DNA from: Azolla caroliniana | Taxonomy: Eukaryota; Plantae; Polypodiophyta | Direction: 5' to 3' | Assembly (NCBI GenBank): GCA_043228905.1 | Contig: JBHGNT010000002.1 | Coordinates: 12,586,001 to 12,650,000 of the forward strand | Length of the DNA stretch: 64,000 nt | Part shown: positions 62,677 to 64,000 of the stretch, in pieces | Position numbering within the stretch: position 1 is the stretch's first letter | How the letters are laid out: every line of letters starts with the position of its first letter | Program-made: the position numbers and the translations under genes | The notes under the pieces: model-generated | What the model was told of the DNA's origin: nothing | What the model saw: only the letters and a program-made list of their open reading frames with translations | Databases searched by the model: none

Positions 62677-64000
62677 TGTCGTGCCTTTCGGCTCCGGATC
62701 GTTGCGTGAGTCGGGTCAGAACCACTGAGGTTTTGGACTAGGAGAAAGAAGAATATGAGATCAGGCTAGTAATGAATAGGTAGAAAGATAGGTAAGTTAT
62801 GAATCTCGTGAATCCCACAAGTTTAGTGTATTTCATCAATATTTAGATAGTAAGAGACAATTTTGATCACAAATTCGTGAATCCCACGAATGTATTGTAT
62901 TAATTGGTGTTTTAAGGAATATATCCAATTTCCAAATATTCCACACACACCTATTACATTGTGCTCCTCATCCTTATATAGTGATGAGAGAGTCTTAACA
63001 ATCCATGCTTTTTCTATAGATAGACTCTATGCTTTTTCTAAAGTGATCTTACTTTTTCTAATTTGATGTGTTTTTATCGATTATGGTGTTCTTGCACACT
63101 ACATGTGCATGCGTAGCTTTTTCTTTTATCATGCGTTTTCTTCTAACTAAAGTTTATCCTAGCGTAAACTTACCTTTCTATGTGAGACTTTTACTTTTTT
63201 AACACTAATGATATGTTAGTGTAATGGTAAGACTTTACATTCTAAACATGGAAGTGCAAGGTTAGAATCTTGCTCTATGCATGTAATATATATTTTTATA
63301 CTTTCTTCAATTTCCAAATATGTCTCTTCATCCGGTGAGAGACTCTCACTAGCCTTCTTCATCCGGCTCTTGCCGGGTCTGTTTCATCCGGTTCTCACCG
63401 GTTTTCTTTATCCAGTTCTTATTGGGTCTGCTTCATCCGGTTTTCATTATCCGGTTCTCACCGGGTCTCCTTACCGGGTCCAGTCCTTACCGGTTCTTCC
63501 TTCTGGTTCTCACCGGGTACTCCATGTCCTACCCGGAGAGATAAAAAATGTAATTTTTCACGTAGTGTGCGAATTACACTACAACACTCACCCCCTCCGA
63601 ACCCGCACATCCTCCGGTATGTGCCGAAGTTGTTGATGATTGTTATTCTTGTCCGTCCGGTCTTTGCCTGGTTCGTTTCGTTGCCGGTCGTGCTTGGTTG
63701 CCGACTCCGCCCGGTTTCTGGTTATGTTCGGTTGTGGGCTCCGTCCGGTTTTCGGTTTTCAGTTGCTTGCTGTGCCCAGTCACCAGTTCTTGTAATTCTC
63801 TTTTACTCGCAGTACCCTCTGTTTCTCTCGCTATGTCAACTTTGTCTCTCCATTTTGAGCATATCCATTCTTTCCACCCAAACCATTGTCGCCATCCGAT
63901 CCACCATAGTCTTCGTTCACTGTTTGCATGGCCATGGCCGGTTGTCACGGCTCCTCGTGCTCCTCTTGAGCATAACCCTTCATCTCTTGTGCATGCTCCA
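62677..64000 (-). mobile_element. T2: T1-family element (3' LTR 62677-63586, PPT, ORF end), runs past the window edge
   Basis: LTR homologous to T1; PPT from 63587; WWIGWRQWFGWKEW peptide in ORF 63643-63948. Confidence 0.85.

Overview
No host gene was found. The window is a deeply nested pile of plant retrotransposons; the families suggest a seed-free land plant such as a moss, lycophyte or fern (inference). It holds four copies or remnants of an Athila/Tat (OTA)-like Ty3/gypsy lineage, three of which show a long extra 3' ORF. It also holds one intact, young Tnt1/Tork-like Ty1/copia (9135-14768), several decayed copia elements, a Tcn1-like chromovirus with a self-priming signature, a very young gag-only LTR element with a tRNA-Trp PBS, two LINEs and a pyrimidine-rich tandem repeat. 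The most striking observation: three divergent gypsy copies have no polypurine tract before the 3' LTR. In its place, 2 nt from the LTR, each carries a conserved sense-strand copy of a mature tRNA-Arg 3' end (T-arm to CCA) split by a covarying hairpin. This is a second, inverted primer-binding site and suggests plus-strand synthesis primed by a second tRNA. All alignments and counts were done by eye, and tRNA identities come from remembered plant consensus sequences, so both need checking.
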